Assembly: GCA_050331735.1 (NCBI GenBank)
Contig: JBHJGN010000015.1
Location: 32,001-96,000, forward strand
From: Cyanophyceae cyanobacterium
Lineage (GTDB): Bacteria > Cyanobacteriota > Cyanobacteriia > Cyanobacteriales > JBHJGN01
Length of the DNA: 64,000 bases
Reading direction: 5' to 3'
In this document: positions 30,901 to 40,037 of the stretch, one piece after another
Position numbering within the stretch: position 1 is the stretch's first letter
How the letters are laid out: each line of letters opens with the position of its first letter
The notes under the pieces: generated by a model
What the model was told of the DNA's origin: nothing
Seen by the model: the letters and a program-made list of their open reading frames with translations, nothing else
Databases searched by the model: none
Program-made: the position numbers and the translations under genes

Positions 30901-31008
30901 TAATAAGGCTCGACGCTCATCTGCCCTTACCCACAAAACGCCGAGGAGAAAAACCTGAAGGAGAGCTAGTTTTTGCTGGCGTAAACAGGAGTTATGTCTT
31001 TAATATGG

Positions 31009-31111
31009 GGATAGCGAAACGGCTTAGGCATTGGACACCACCAAAATGTCAGGCCAATTTCTCAAGGTCAGCTCAAGCGAGTCCTTAGATCTGTGCCTAA
31101 AGGCTCTATTC
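31009..31111 (+). promoter_or_regulatory. Candidate structured 5' leader of speD
   Basis: Nested complementarity forming a three-way junction (see findings); TAATAT -10-like box at 31001-31006. Confidence 0.35.
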
Positions 31112-31167
31112 ACTGAGATGCTGTTCTATGCTATGTCTAGTTTTAAGTTCATCTAGTACGGAGTCAA

Positions 31168-31569
31168 TTGATAAGAATGGCAAAAGTGGGAACCCACCTG
31201 GTTGTCGATGCTTGGGAAGCCCCGGCAGACCTGTTAAATAGCCCTGAATGTATTCGTCTAGCTCTCATAGCAGCTATTTCTGCCGGAGAAGCGACTTTGA
31301 TCGATTTATGCGTACACCAGTTTAGTCCCCATGGAGTCACAGCGACAGCTACGTTAGCCGAGTCTCACATTGCTATTCACACTTGGCCTGAGCATGGCTA
31401 CTTTGCAGCAGACCTATTTTTTTGCGGGTCAGGGAAACCCGAACAGGCTATGGCAGTTTTGCAAACGGCACTACAGGCCAAGCAGGTAGCGGTCAAAGCA
31501 GTGGAACGGGGTTTTCCCGCGCCGGAAGCTCAGCCGTGGCAAGATTCGATGTACCAAGGTGTTGCCTAA
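31168..31569 (+). CDS. speD: S-adenosylmethionine decarboxylase proenzyme
   Basis: GTHLVVD, HQFSPHGVT, LAESHIAIHTWPEHGY (self-cleavage ESH), DLFFCG. Confidence 0.93.
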   Translation: MIRMAKVGTHLVVDAWEAPADLLNSPECIRLALIAAISAGEATLIDLCVHQFSPHGVTATATLAESHIAIHTWPEHGYFAADLFFCGSGKPEQAMAVLQTALQAKQVAVKAVERGFPAPEAQPWQDSMYQGVA

Positions 31570-31605
31570 GGAAAGCGATCGCTCTCCCGCTATTGACCAT
31601 AATTT

Positions 31606-31905
31606 GTGAATGTGCTAGTAGCAGAAACAATCTTGATTGTGCTTTTGGGGTTAATTCCCGCTTTGCTATCCATTATCGCGATTCGTAGGACAAAGCGAAG
31701 ATGGCAGACAAGGTTCAGGCAAGCCCGCACAGCCTCTTTTTATCGGCAGGTCCGCTCAAGCTACTTATCAACCCCGAACGAAGCAGCACCTAAACCTTTT
31801 GTTGGCGATACTAGCTGTCGCTTTAATGCTCGTTCTCCCTATCTGCGCTGTGCTGTTAATCCTGATGGTCCCTGTGAGGAGTGTATTCATTACGAGACAA
31901 AATAA
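31606..31905 (+). CDS. DUF6464-like cyanobacterial protein with N-terminal TM
   Basis: VGDTSCRFNARSPYLRCAVNPDGPCEECIHYE motif. Confidence 0.8.
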   Translation: MNVLVAETILIVLLGLIPALLSIIAIRRTKRRWQTRFRQARTASFYRQVRSSYLSTPNEAAPKPFVGDTSCRFNARSPYLRCAVNPDGPCEECIHYETK

Positions 31906-31907
31906 GT

Positions 31908-32089
31908 GTCCGGTGCGGGACGGGAAATAGTCTCTACGGGACGGGGAAAGGGGAAATAGTTCCTGCGGAACGGGGAAAGGGGAAAGGAAAATCAGTCGCT
32001 CCGCGACGGGGAAAGAACACAGGCTCAGGAAAAAACCGGGTAATTACTTCCTTTCCCGTTGCGGAGCAACTTTTCCCTTTTCCCCCCGC
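31908..32089. repeat. Composite hairpin/heptamer repeat (G-rich arm, core, C-rich arm) between convergent genes
   Basis: Hairpins at 31908, 31930, 31959, 31995, 32058; core AAGAACACAGG. Confidence 0.85.
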
Positions 32090-32761
32090 CTATGGCGCTA
32101 CACCCACTTGCTCGCACATAGACAGCACTGGACAGGTAGAACAATGGGGCCGCCTGCCTGTACAAATATGCTTTCCAAAGGGAACGAGTAGCTGATTGAT
32201 TTCAATCCAGTAGTCGTGCGGCAGCTTGGCCTCTAGAGCTTGTGTGGTCTTCTCTGGAGCAGTGGTTTGTATGTAGCCCCAGCGGTTGGTTACTCGATGG
32301 ACGTGGGTATCGACGCTGATAGTAGGCTGTTGGCAGGCGATGCCGAGAGCAAGATGAGCGCACTTGGGTCCGACGCCTTTAAATGAAAGCATTACATCCT
32401 CATCACAGGGAAGTTCACCACCGTACTCTGTCATCAGTTGCTGGGCGATCGCTAAAATTTGCTGGGCTTTCCGCTCAGAGTAGGTGCTTTCGCGAATCAA
32501 GTTGTGGATGTCGGCAGCAGCTAGAATACTCATTTGCCGAGGAGTGCGGGCACGAGCAAACAAACGGCGAGAAACCGGCAGGCTGACTTCATCGTAGGTC
32601 CGAATCGAAATCAGACAGGCCACAAGCTGCTCAAAAGGAGAGGTGTAGCCTTCATCAGCAAGAGCAAACATAGCGGCTTTTGGGAAAGGACGCACGGCTT
32701 CCCGCAAAAGCTTAATCACTTCATCAATATCAAACGAGCGCTTCACGTTTTGATTCCTCAT
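32090..32761 (-). CDS. nth: Endonuclease III
   Basis: PFEQLVACLIS, HhH GVGPKCA, VDTHV, Fe-S motif C-x6-C-x2-C-x5-C. Confidence 0.93.
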   Translation of the reverse strand: MRNQNVKRSFDIDEVIKLLREAVRPFPKAAMFALADEGYTSPFEQLVACLISIRTYDEVSLPVSRRLFARARTPRQMSILAAADIHNLIRESTYSERKAQQILAIAQQLMTEYGGELPCDEDVMLSFKGVGPKCAHLALGIACQQPTISVDTHVHRVTNRWGYIQTTAPEKTTQALEAKLPHDYWIEINQLLVPFGKHICTGRRPHCSTCPVLSMCEQVGVAP

Positions 32762-32772
32762 CGGTTTGTCAA

Positions 32773-32860
32773 GTCCTGAAAGGACAGTTTCCCCTTTCCC
32801 CGTCCTGAAAGGACATTTCTCCTTTTCCCGTGCCGCAGGCACTGCCCTTTCCCGTCGGCG
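32773..32860. repeat. Hairpin/TTTCCCC repeat cluster upstream of nth
   Basis: GTCCT-GAA-AGGAC at 32773 and 32802, GTGCC-GCA-GGCAC at 32830. Confidence 0.85.
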
Positions 32861-32918
32861 CTTGTCGTGACCTTTGTTATGACCACTGTGACATAGAGCG
32901 CGTGATAGAAGAATAGGT

Positions 32919-33950
32919 ATGCTAAATGTCCTAAAAGTATTACAGGTAGGCAGCCTCGCTGCCTTATTAGGGAGTGCGCCTGTTCAAGCTTCTACCCTGA
33001 TCAGAGTCCAGGATCTGAGAACCGATGGTGCTGACCACTTAGAAGAAACTGTCTTTGGTGACGACTCCCGCTTTGAAATTTACGATCTAGAAGTGGCTAC
33101 GGTCAATGGAGAAACCGTGATTCGGCTCGACTCTAATTTACCGTTGGCGGGAGTTAAAGACAAGAGAGCCGCAGATGGTCATATCGGCTACGGCGATCTT
33201 TTCATTGAGACAGCACAAGGAACTTACGCCGTCAAGTTCGCTCCTAACGAGACGACCCTGCCAACAGGGGTGTATAAAAACGCTGTGGGAGTCAATTTAG
33301 CGGCAGACAATAACGGAGCAGCGCTCGGTCGCTCGAACCCTAGACCAACAAATTTGGTGGCAGGCGATCGCATTGGTGATGTCTACGTCAGTTCGGTCCC
33401 AGGAACCGAGGGTAGCGGACAGCATCGGCTGATCATTGCCTTTGCTGAAGAGCTTCTGCCAGCAGGCGATCGCCAGCTTTATTTCACTCAAGAATGCCAC
33501 AACGACACAGTAGAACTCGCCTATCAGCATAGCCCGATGGCCACGGAAATACCCACCGCGCCAATGGCTATGCCTAGTCCTGGAGATGTACCTCACCTCG
33601 GACCAACGCTTGCTCCATCCCGGTCTGCGCTCGCTGAGACTCCCTCCTCAGAAAACATTCCTTCAGAAGCATTTATTGGTGCTGGCGTGGTGGGAGTCGC
33701 TATTTTGCTAGCGCTTTTGCTCGGAGGAGACAGCGATGATGCTGACAATCAGTTGCCCTCTTTTGTTTCCTCTGAAGAAACCGAACCGAGGGCAACAGGG
33801 CCAGATGAAGCAGACTCAGAACCACTGCCAATGCCGCCTCCAACCGATCCTTCCAGTGTGCCGGTTCCTGTCCCCGGACTAGATGGAGGCTGGTTAGCGG
33901 CTGCTGGTTTGTTGTTTCTTACCTTCCGCTATCTCAAGGCTAGGCGCTAG
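32919..33950 (+). CDS. Secreted surface protein with PEP-CTERM-like sorting signal
   Basis: Signal peptide (..SAPVQA), IGYGDLF and ECHND motifs, C-terminal VPVPVP + hydrophobic helix + KARR. Confidence 0.75.
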   Translation: MLNVLKVLQVGSLAALLGSAPVQASTLIRVQDLRTDGADHLEETVFGDDSRFEIYDLEVATVNGETVIRLDSNLPLAGVKDKRAADGHIGYGDLFIETAQGTYAVKFAPNETTLPTGVYKNAVGVNLAADNNGAALGRSNPRPTNLVAGDRIGDVYVSSVPGTEGSGQHRLIIAFAEELLPAGDRQLYFTQECHNDTVELAYQHSPMATEIPTAPMAMPSPGDVPHLGPTLAPSRSALAETPSSENIPSEAFIGAGVVGVAILLALLLGGDSDDADNQLPSFVSSEETEPRATGPDEADSEPLPMPPPTDPSSVPVPVPGLDGGWLAAAGLLFLTFRYLKARR

Positions 33951-34031
33951 TCTCAGCCGTGCCGCTAGCGAGGGCTGGCAATGGTTCGTAGGCTGTGATA
34001 AGCCAGCTAAAGAAGTTGAAAACCATCAAAG

Positions 34032-34583
34032 CTACTCTGACAGAGCGATGTTAAGTCCTAGTAAAAGGGCCGCTAGCGTTCCCGATACGCAAAGCTCCCC
34101 AGAGCGAATTTTATCCTTGACCGCTGGAAAAGACACTAAAACCACTTCTATGTCTTCAGTAATATCCAAGCGTTGCTTGCCTTGCCGGTGAACCTCTTCT
34201 GCCAGAAACAGGTGAATTTTGTTGGTATCTTTAACTGGGTTATCGTATAAAGTCGCTACTTTAGTCCACCGAGAAGCAACGTAACCGGTTTCTTCCTGTA
34301 GCTCTCGCTTCGCAGCGCTTAGGCTATCCTCTCGTTGCGGATTAAAGCTCCCCGCCGGTAACTCTAGCAAAATTTCTCCCACTCCATGACGATACTGACG
34401 AACGAAGACAATCTTCCGATCGAACGTGATTGGTAAAATAAGAGCAACGTCGGGTCTAATGTTGATGAAGTAGTCATCAACGATCTGTCCGCTAGGCAGC
34501 CGGACGGTGTCTTGTCTCACCCGACACCACTGATTGTCAATTACCAGGTGGGAATAGAGCGTTTGCCATTTCTGGAGCATCAT
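34032..34583 (-). CDS. NUDIX hydrolase (ADP-ribose pyrophosphatase-like)
   Basis: RQYRH, LELPAG...AAKRELQEETGY Nudix box. Confidence 0.93.
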   Translation of the reverse strand: MMLQKWQTLYSHLVIDNQWCRVRQDTVRLPSGQIVDDYFINIRPDVALILPITFDRKIVFVRQYRHGVGEILLELPAGSFNPQREDSLSAAKRELQEETGYVASRWTKVATLYDNPVKDTNKIHLFLAEEVHRQGKQRLDITEDIEVVLVSFPAVKDKIRSGELCVSGTLAALLLGLNIALSE

Positions 34584-34821
34584 CTGCGGTTTGTCGTCAC
34601 CTCTCAGTTAACCTGGAGCAAAATCCTCGTCAAGTAGCAATCCCGAGCTGCCATTGAGCTGGCTCAAAGCAGCCGGATCGTCCATCCGGGTGCTGCGAAG
34701 ACTGCCCCGGAGCCGAAAACTTTTCCGGCGGAACTTTGAGACCGGGAAGTAAATCTTAAAAACCTTATTTTTAGACAAAAAAGCCAGTTTGCAGAATGGC
34801 GCTTCATCGTAGGGAAGCAGC

Positions 34822-34986
34822 TTACCCAATCATGTTTAGAATTAAGAGGGCCGTAGCTCCGGCGATCGCGAACGAAAACAAATCGACGCTGCGGGCATGA
34901 GCGAGAGAGATTGCTTTAGCCTCAACTTTTGAGGTGGCAAGCGCACGATTGATTTTATTCTGATGAGATGCAAAGGTATGTTTCAT
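34822..34986 (-). CDS. Possible small protein with C-terminal hydrophobic helix
   Basis: 54-aa ORF (MKHTF...FSFAIAGATALLILNMIG) filling an otherwise empty gap; no family recognised. Confidence 0.3.
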   Translation of the reverse strand: MKHTFASHQNKINRALATSKVEAKAISLAHARSVDLFSFAIAGATALLILNMIG

Positions 34987-35065
34987 GGTAACTAGTAATC
35001 CGATTAATGTGTGCAATTATTAAGAGCGTTAACAAATGTATTACAATCTGTAAAGTTAAGGCCCA

Positions 35066-36115
35066 ATGCAGCTAACCAGTTATCCCTTTACAGTTCACAA
35101 GCGGTTTCCTCTGACGATCAGTCGGGGAACAACGGCTCAAACCACGAATATACAGGTTTGCATCCAGCACGAAGAGATTGAGGGGTGGGGAGAAGCGTCA
35201 CCGTTTTCAGTAAGGCGAAACCAGGGTGCCGCAACGGATATGCTCCAGGAACTCCAGCGGCTTGCTCCAGCGCTAGAACAGTTTGAGCCTTTAGACCGCC
35301 AGCCAATAGAAACGCTCCTCAAACAGAAACAGACTTCTTCAGCAGTTCAGGCAGCCATCGATATGGCGCTCTACGACTGGATGGGCAAACGGGCAAAGCT
35401 TCCGCTGTGGCAGCTCTGGGGACTGAACTGCTCTCAGGTGGCGCCCATTTCGGTGACGGTGGGTATCGGAACTCCCCAAGACGCCAGACAGCGGGTTCGC
35501 AACTGGCAGCAGGTCACAGAACCGACCATTATTAAAATTAAGCTTGGCAGCCCCCAGGGCATCACAGCCGACCAAGCGATGCTGCTCGCGGTCCGGGAAG
35601 AGGCTCCCACTGCACAGCTTACGGTAGACGCGAACGGGGGCTGGAGTTTGCCGGAGGCACTCAGTATGTGCGACTGGCTCTGGGGGCAGGGAGTAGAGTA
35701 CGTAGAACAGCCGCTAGCTGTAGGAGAGGAGGAGCAATTAGGAACGCTTTCAGCGCGATCGCCTCTCCCCATTTTTGTCGATGAAAGCTGCTTCACCAGT
35801 CACGATGTTCCTCGACTAGCCGAGTGCGTCAGCGGCATCAACATCAAAGTCATGAAGACTGGTGGATTAACCGAGGCGATGCGCACCATTCATGTTGCGA
35901 AAGCCTGCGGACTCAAAGTGATGTTTGGCTGTTATTCTGACAGTACCCTCGCCAATACCGCTATGGCTCACCTGTCACCGCTGGCAGACTACCTAGATTT
36001 GGATAGCCACCTTAACTTAATAGACGACCCGTTTACAGGAGCCGTGATGCAGGCAGGCCGCTTGCTGCCAACCGATTTACCAGGCTTAGGAGTGAAATAC
36101 CGTGATCAGGGCTGA
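35066..36115 (+). CDS. Dipeptide epimerase (L-Ala-D/L-Glu epimerase family, enolase superfamily)
   Basis: TISRG, GWGEA, KIK, VDANGGW, EQP, DES, NIKVMKTGG, DLD. Confidence 0.93.
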   Translation: MQLTSYPFTVHKRFPLTISRGTTAQTTNIQVCIQHEEIEGWGEASPFSVRRNQGAATDMLQELQRLAPALEQFEPLDRQPIETLLKQKQTSSAVQAAIDMALYDWMGKRAKLPLWQLWGLNCSQVAPISVTVGIGTPQDARQRVRNWQQVTEPTIIKIKLGSPQGITADQAMLLAVREEAPTAQLTVDANGGWSLPEALSMCDWLWGQGVEYVEQPLAVGEEEQLGTLSARSPLPIFVDESCFTSHDVPRLAECVSGINIKVMKTGGLTEAMRTIHVAKACGLKVMFGCYSDSTLANTAMAHLSPLADYLDLDSHLNLIDDPFTGAVMQAGRLLPTDLPGLGVKYRDQG

Positions 36116-37154
36116 ACATCGAGTTGCCATTCTGCTACACGAGGGTCTTCGGGGCGTTCGCGGCAAAACAGGATTAGCCTACCTCCGCTACGGAACTGCG
36201 GCTGTAGTAGCGGTGATTGACTATCAGTGTGCCGGAGAATCGCTGCGGCAAATCACCAAAATTGAGCAAGATGCTCCAATTGTGGTCTCTGTTGCCGAAG
36301 CTCTGACCTATGAGCCTGACGTGCTGCTCATTGGGATTGCCCCTTCTGGAGGCGCCTTACCGGAGGCGTGGGAAGAAGAAGTCAAGCAAGGGGTAGCGGC
36401 GGGACTATCCCTGGCCAATGGCTTACATACGCCGATGGCCTCCCTGCTTTCCCAGCCGCTACGTTCGGGGCAGTGGATTTGGGATATTCGCCAAGAACCT
36501 CAAGGACTGACAATCGGCAGTGGCAAAGCGCGATCGCTCTCCTGTGAGAGGATTTTAACGGTGGGAACCGACATGGGCGTTGGCAAAATGTCTACGAGCT
36601 TAGAGCTAGCTCGCGCCGCTAAACATCGCGGAATTCAGTCTCAATTTCTCGCCACCGGACAAGGAGGCTTGATGATTGCCGGAAACGGCATTGCCCTAGA
36701 TGCGATCCGGGTAGATTTTGCGGCGGGAGCCGTCGAACAGATGGTAATGCAGTACGGTCGGCGGTGCGAGCTAGTCATCATCGAAGGGCAGGGTTCGCTG
36801 CTGCATCCTGGGTCAACCGCGACCCTCCCCCTGATTCGCGGCAGCCAGCCCACCGGACTGGTGTTAGTGCATCGCGCTGGACTGACTCAGATTCACAACG
36901 TTCCGGAGGTTAAGATTCCGCCTCTGCCGGAGGTCGTGCAGCTCTATGAAGCGGTTGCCAGCGTTGGTGGTGCTGACGAAGCGGTGAGAGTTAAGGCGAT
37001 CGCTCTCAATACCTTTGGACTGGATGGTGAAGCGGCCCACGCCGCTATTGAACAAGTCTACCAAGAAACGGGGTTGCCCTGTACGGACGTGGTTCGTTTT
37101 GGAGCCGAGGCGATTATTGAGGCAATTTATTCGCCTTCGCCAGGAGGCGATTAA
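36102..37154 (+). CDS. DUF1611 family protein
   Basis: GKTG, GIAPSGG, NGLH, VGTDMGVGKMST, ATGQGG, EGQGSLLHP; overlaps the epimerase stop. Confidence 0.92.
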   Translation: MIRAEHRVAILLHEGLRGVRGKTGLAYLRYGTAAVVAVIDYQCAGESLRQITKIEQDAPIVVSVAEALTYEPDVLLIGIAPSGGALPEAWEEEVKQGVAAGLSLANGLHTPMASLLSQPLRSGQWIWDIRQEPQGLTIGSGKARSLSCERILTVGTDMGVGKMSTSLELARAAKHRGIQSQFLATGQGGLMIAGNGIALDAIRVDFAAGAVEQMVMQYGRRCELVIIEGQGSLLHPGSTATLPLIRGSQPTGLVLVHRAGLTQIHNVPEVKIPPLPEVVQLYEAVASVGGADEAVRVKAIALNTFGLDGEAAHAAIEQVYQETGLPCTDVVRFGAEAIIEAIYSPSPGGD

Positions 37155-37283
37155 TACCAATTAGAAAAAGTAATAGGAGATTTGATGAGTTGGGGGAAAG
37201 GGAAGCACAGCAGCTCTTTGCCCTTGAACCTCCAATGTTTGGTTAGTTTAAGGAACTATCTGACTACTTTCGGTAAATGGTAT
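37154..37283 (+). mobile_element. MITE copy A (diverged)
   Basis: ATACCAATTAGAAAAAGT...ACTTTCGGTAAATGGTAT imperfect TIRs; homologous to 51171-51321 and 58291-58434. Confidence 0.8.
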
Positions 37284-37381
37284 AAGCTCTTAGCTTTTAG
37301 CTTCCCTGAAGCGCGAGGCAGCTACTAGCGCGGCGACTTCTAGGAGGATCAATTTACTTTCAATGAGGCTAATAGCTATTT

Positions 37382-39793
37382 TCAAGCTTTGTTAAACTGG
37401 TGCGCTGCTAAAAACTGAGTCGCTTCTTCTGCTTTGAGAGGACGACTAAAGCGATATCCCTGCATTTCCTCGCATTGCAGGCGATGCAATAATTCAAACT
37501 GCTGTCGTGTTTCTACTCCTTCGGCGACGACTCTCAAATTAAAGCCGCGCCCTAAAGAGATAATCGCAGAAAGAATGGCCATATCTTCTGGCGTATCCCG
37601 AAGATTTTGAATAAAAGGACAATCGATTTTGAGGGTTTGGAGAGAAATTTTTTTGAGATAGTTAATCGAGGAATTGCCGCTGCCGAAATCATCAATGGCA
37701 ATGCATACTCCGAGATCGTGGAGTTTGCGGAGATTATTCATGGCTAAATCAGGATTTTGTGCTAAGTTTGTTTCGGCAATTTCTAGCTCTAACCACTGAG
37801 GATCGAGCTCCGTTTGTTGAAGCGTTTGCGAAACAAGCGCCAGCAAGTTTGACTGAAACTGACGAGGTGAGAGGTTGACAGCAACTTTGACAAGCGGCAA
37901 ACCCGCCTCTTGCCACGCCTTGTTCTGAGCACAGGCCGTTTCTAGAACCCACTGACCGAGGGGAATAATCAGGTTAGTTTCTTCTGCCAAAGTAATAAAC
38001 TTACTCGGTGAAACCTGACCGAGTTCTGGGTGATACCAGCGCAGGAGTGCTTCCATCCCGCTTAGCTGACCCGTGTTGATGTTTACCTGGGGCTGATAGG
38101 ACAGAGAAAACTGCTTTTCTGCTAGTGCCCGCGATAGCATCGACTCCAGTCTGAGCAGGGCTGAAGCCTTAGAGTTCATGGTCGGGCTGTAGAAGCGATA
38201 GGTATTCTGCCCCTGCTTTTTAGCACGATGAAGAGCCGCATCGGCATGATTGAGTAACGTATTAGCCTCTTCCCCGTCTTGGGGATAAATCGCAATCCCA
38301 ATGCTGGTTTGCAGCGTGATGTGGTGTTGCTCAACATCGAACGGTTGGGCGATCGCCTCTAAAAACCGATGACCAATTTTAGCCGTATCTTTAATACTGG
38401 TTATTTGAGGCAGCAGGACGGCAAACTGATCGCCGCCCCAGCGAGCGAGGGTATCTCCGAGACGAATGCAGGATTTTAACCGTTCAGCAAAGCCTTGAAG
38501 CAGGCAATCGCCAACCAGATGACCACAAGTTTCGTTGACTTTTTTAAAGCCGTCAAGATCGATAAACATCACCGCCATTAGCTGCTGATGTCTCTCGGCA
38601 TTGGCGAGGGCTACAGCGAGCTGCTCGTTGAATATTGTTCGGCTTGGCAAATTAGTTAACAGATCCTGGAGAGAACGCTGGTGAAGCGACAAGGCTAGCT
38701 GCTGGTGTTTGTTGACGTCGCGAATCACAAAGCAAAACAGATCAACATCACCATTACTTATTAAACGAGCGCTCTCCTCCATATGAATTAAAGAACCATC
38801 TTGGCTGCGATAAAGCGCCTCGCCGATAAAATCTCGCTGCGCTCGAATTTGCTGGAGTTTCCTGTCCGTTGTCACCGGAGCGGCGGCGGTGAGAGTGGCC
38901 AGAGTCTGTTCGAGAAGGGCTGGCATTTCATAACCGAGCAGACGACAGCAAACGAGATTAGCGTCTACTAAGCGTTGGCTTACTGCATCTACAAAAAATA
39001 TGCCTTCTGAGGTTTGCTGGATCACGGCCTGATATCGCGATCTGCTTTGCTCTAAAGCTGATTGCAACTGCTTAGAGGAGGTCACGTCAAAGAGATAGCT
39101 TCTGATCCGTTTTCCTTGATTCAAATAATGAACGTGCTGTTTATAAATGCTGTCTTTGACTGTCACCTCGCGCACAAAATGACTGCGGTGTTCGCGGTCA
39201 AGCAAGCCTTTGAAGAGAGAAGAATCTGGCTGAGTAAATTGGGCGATCGCCGCTGGATTACGATAAGTAGCGTTACCATCGCTATCGATTTCAATAATAG
39301 GAGTTGGGCACAGTTCAGCAACAGAAGCCAGTCTCAACTCTGCTTCGCTTTGTCGCACCTGAGGACCAATTAAAGTCTGCTGATCTGCCGCCTCATCCAG
39401 CTCTTGGTTGCTAAGTTCCCCTTCTGCACAAGCCTCTGTTATTTCCTCAAGGATCTGATAGCTAGCCTGAGCACTACTTCCAAAACTAATTAAATCTCCA
39501 TGCTGTAGTTCATGGGAGCGGCAAGCAACACCATTGACAGTAATTCCATTAGCACTTTGATTGCCCTGGAGATCCCCATCGACAATGCGATAGCTGTGCC
39601 GATTATGCTGATAATCGGCGATCCGAAGCAAAGTAGCATGTTGGCGAGAAACCTGGCGGTCGTAAATAACAATCGCATTATCAACGCCACGACCCAGAGA
39701 ATACGTTTTTTCTTCAAGAGGAATAATCCGCTTGGCTTTGCGATCCTCTATTACCAACACGGGGCGAAATGGCTGCGCAGACAAAGTTGGCAT
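37382..39793 (-). CDS. FHA-PAS-GGDEF-EAL c-di-GMP signalling protein
   Basis: LGRG..VSRQHA..SANG (FHA); PAS; FIDLDGFK, GGDQF; EALLRW, DDFG, AEGVE, QGY. Confidence 0.93.
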   Translation of the reverse strand: MPTLSAQPFRPVLVIEDRKAKRIIPLEEKTYSLGRGVDNAIVIYDRQVSRQHATLLRIADYQHNRHSYRIVDGDLQGNQSANGITVNGVACRSHELQHGDLISFGSSAQASYQILEEITEACAEGELSNQELDEAADQQTLIGPQVRQSEAELRLASVAELCPTPIIEIDSDGNATYRNPAAIAQFTQPDSSLFKGLLDREHRSHFVREVTVKDSIYKQHVHYLNQGKRIRSYLFDVTSSKQLQSALEQSRSRYQAVIQQTSEGIFFVDAVSQRLVDANLVCCRLLGYEMPALLEQTLATLTAAAPVTTDRKLQQIRAQRDFIGEALYRSQDGSLIHMEESARLISNGDVDLFCFVIRDVNKHQQLALSLHQRSLQDLLTNLPSRTIFNEQLAVALANAERHQQLMAVMFIDLDGFKKVNETCGHLVGDCLLQGFAERLKSCIRLGDTLARWGGDQFAVLLPQITSIKDTAKIGHRFLEAIAQPFDVEQHHITLQTSIGIAIYPQDGEEANTLLNHADAALHRAKKQGQNTYRFYSPTMNSKASALLRLESMLSRALAEKQFSLSYQPQVNINTGQLSGMEALLRWYHPELGQVSPSKFITLAEETNLIIPLGQWVLETACAQNKAWQEAGLPLVKVAVNLSPRQFQSNLLALVSQTLQQTELDPQWLELEIAETNLAQNPDLAMNNLRKLHDLGVCIAIDDFGSGNSSINYLKKISLQTLKIDCPFIQNLRDTPEDMAILSAIISLGRGFNLRVVAEGVETRQQFELLHRLQCEEMQGYRFSRPLKAEEATQFLAAHQFNKA

Positions 39794-39865
39794 AACTGAC
39801 CAAATTTAGAAGCTAGCTTTAGGTTTCCCTCAAATTCGCTCAAAATAACAGCCACCCAAAAATCA

Positions 39866-40037
39866 GTGCCGCTGGCGCGGGGAAAAGGGCAAAGGGGAAG
39901 GGGGAAACTGTCCCTCCGGGACGGGGAAGAACACAGGTTCAAGGAACAAACTTAACAACCGCCCCCTTTCCCCGTTGCGAAGCAACTTTTTTCCCGTTGC
40001 GGAGCAACTATTTCCCCTTTCCCCGTCGCGCAGCGAC
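39866..40037. repeat. Composite hairpin/heptamer repeat abutting the ilvD stop codon
   Basis: Hairpins at 39866, 39910, 39974, 39996, 40025; core AAGAACACAGG. Confidence 0.88.

Noticed and set aside
31908..32089. Hairpin repeat clusters as a CRISPR array
   Set aside because: Units vary in stem sequence, spacers are short low-complexity heptamers rather than unique 30-40 nt sequences, and no cas genes are present.
31881..32195. Short ORFs made of repeat DNA (also 14291-14488, 39751-40066, 45274-45468, 49664-49970)
   Set aside because: Open only because the G/A-rich repeats lack stop codons; they overlap real genes and have no family features.
34608..34829. 73-aa ORF upstream of the NUDIX gene
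   Set aside because: TTG start overlapping another doubtful ORF and no recognisable features.
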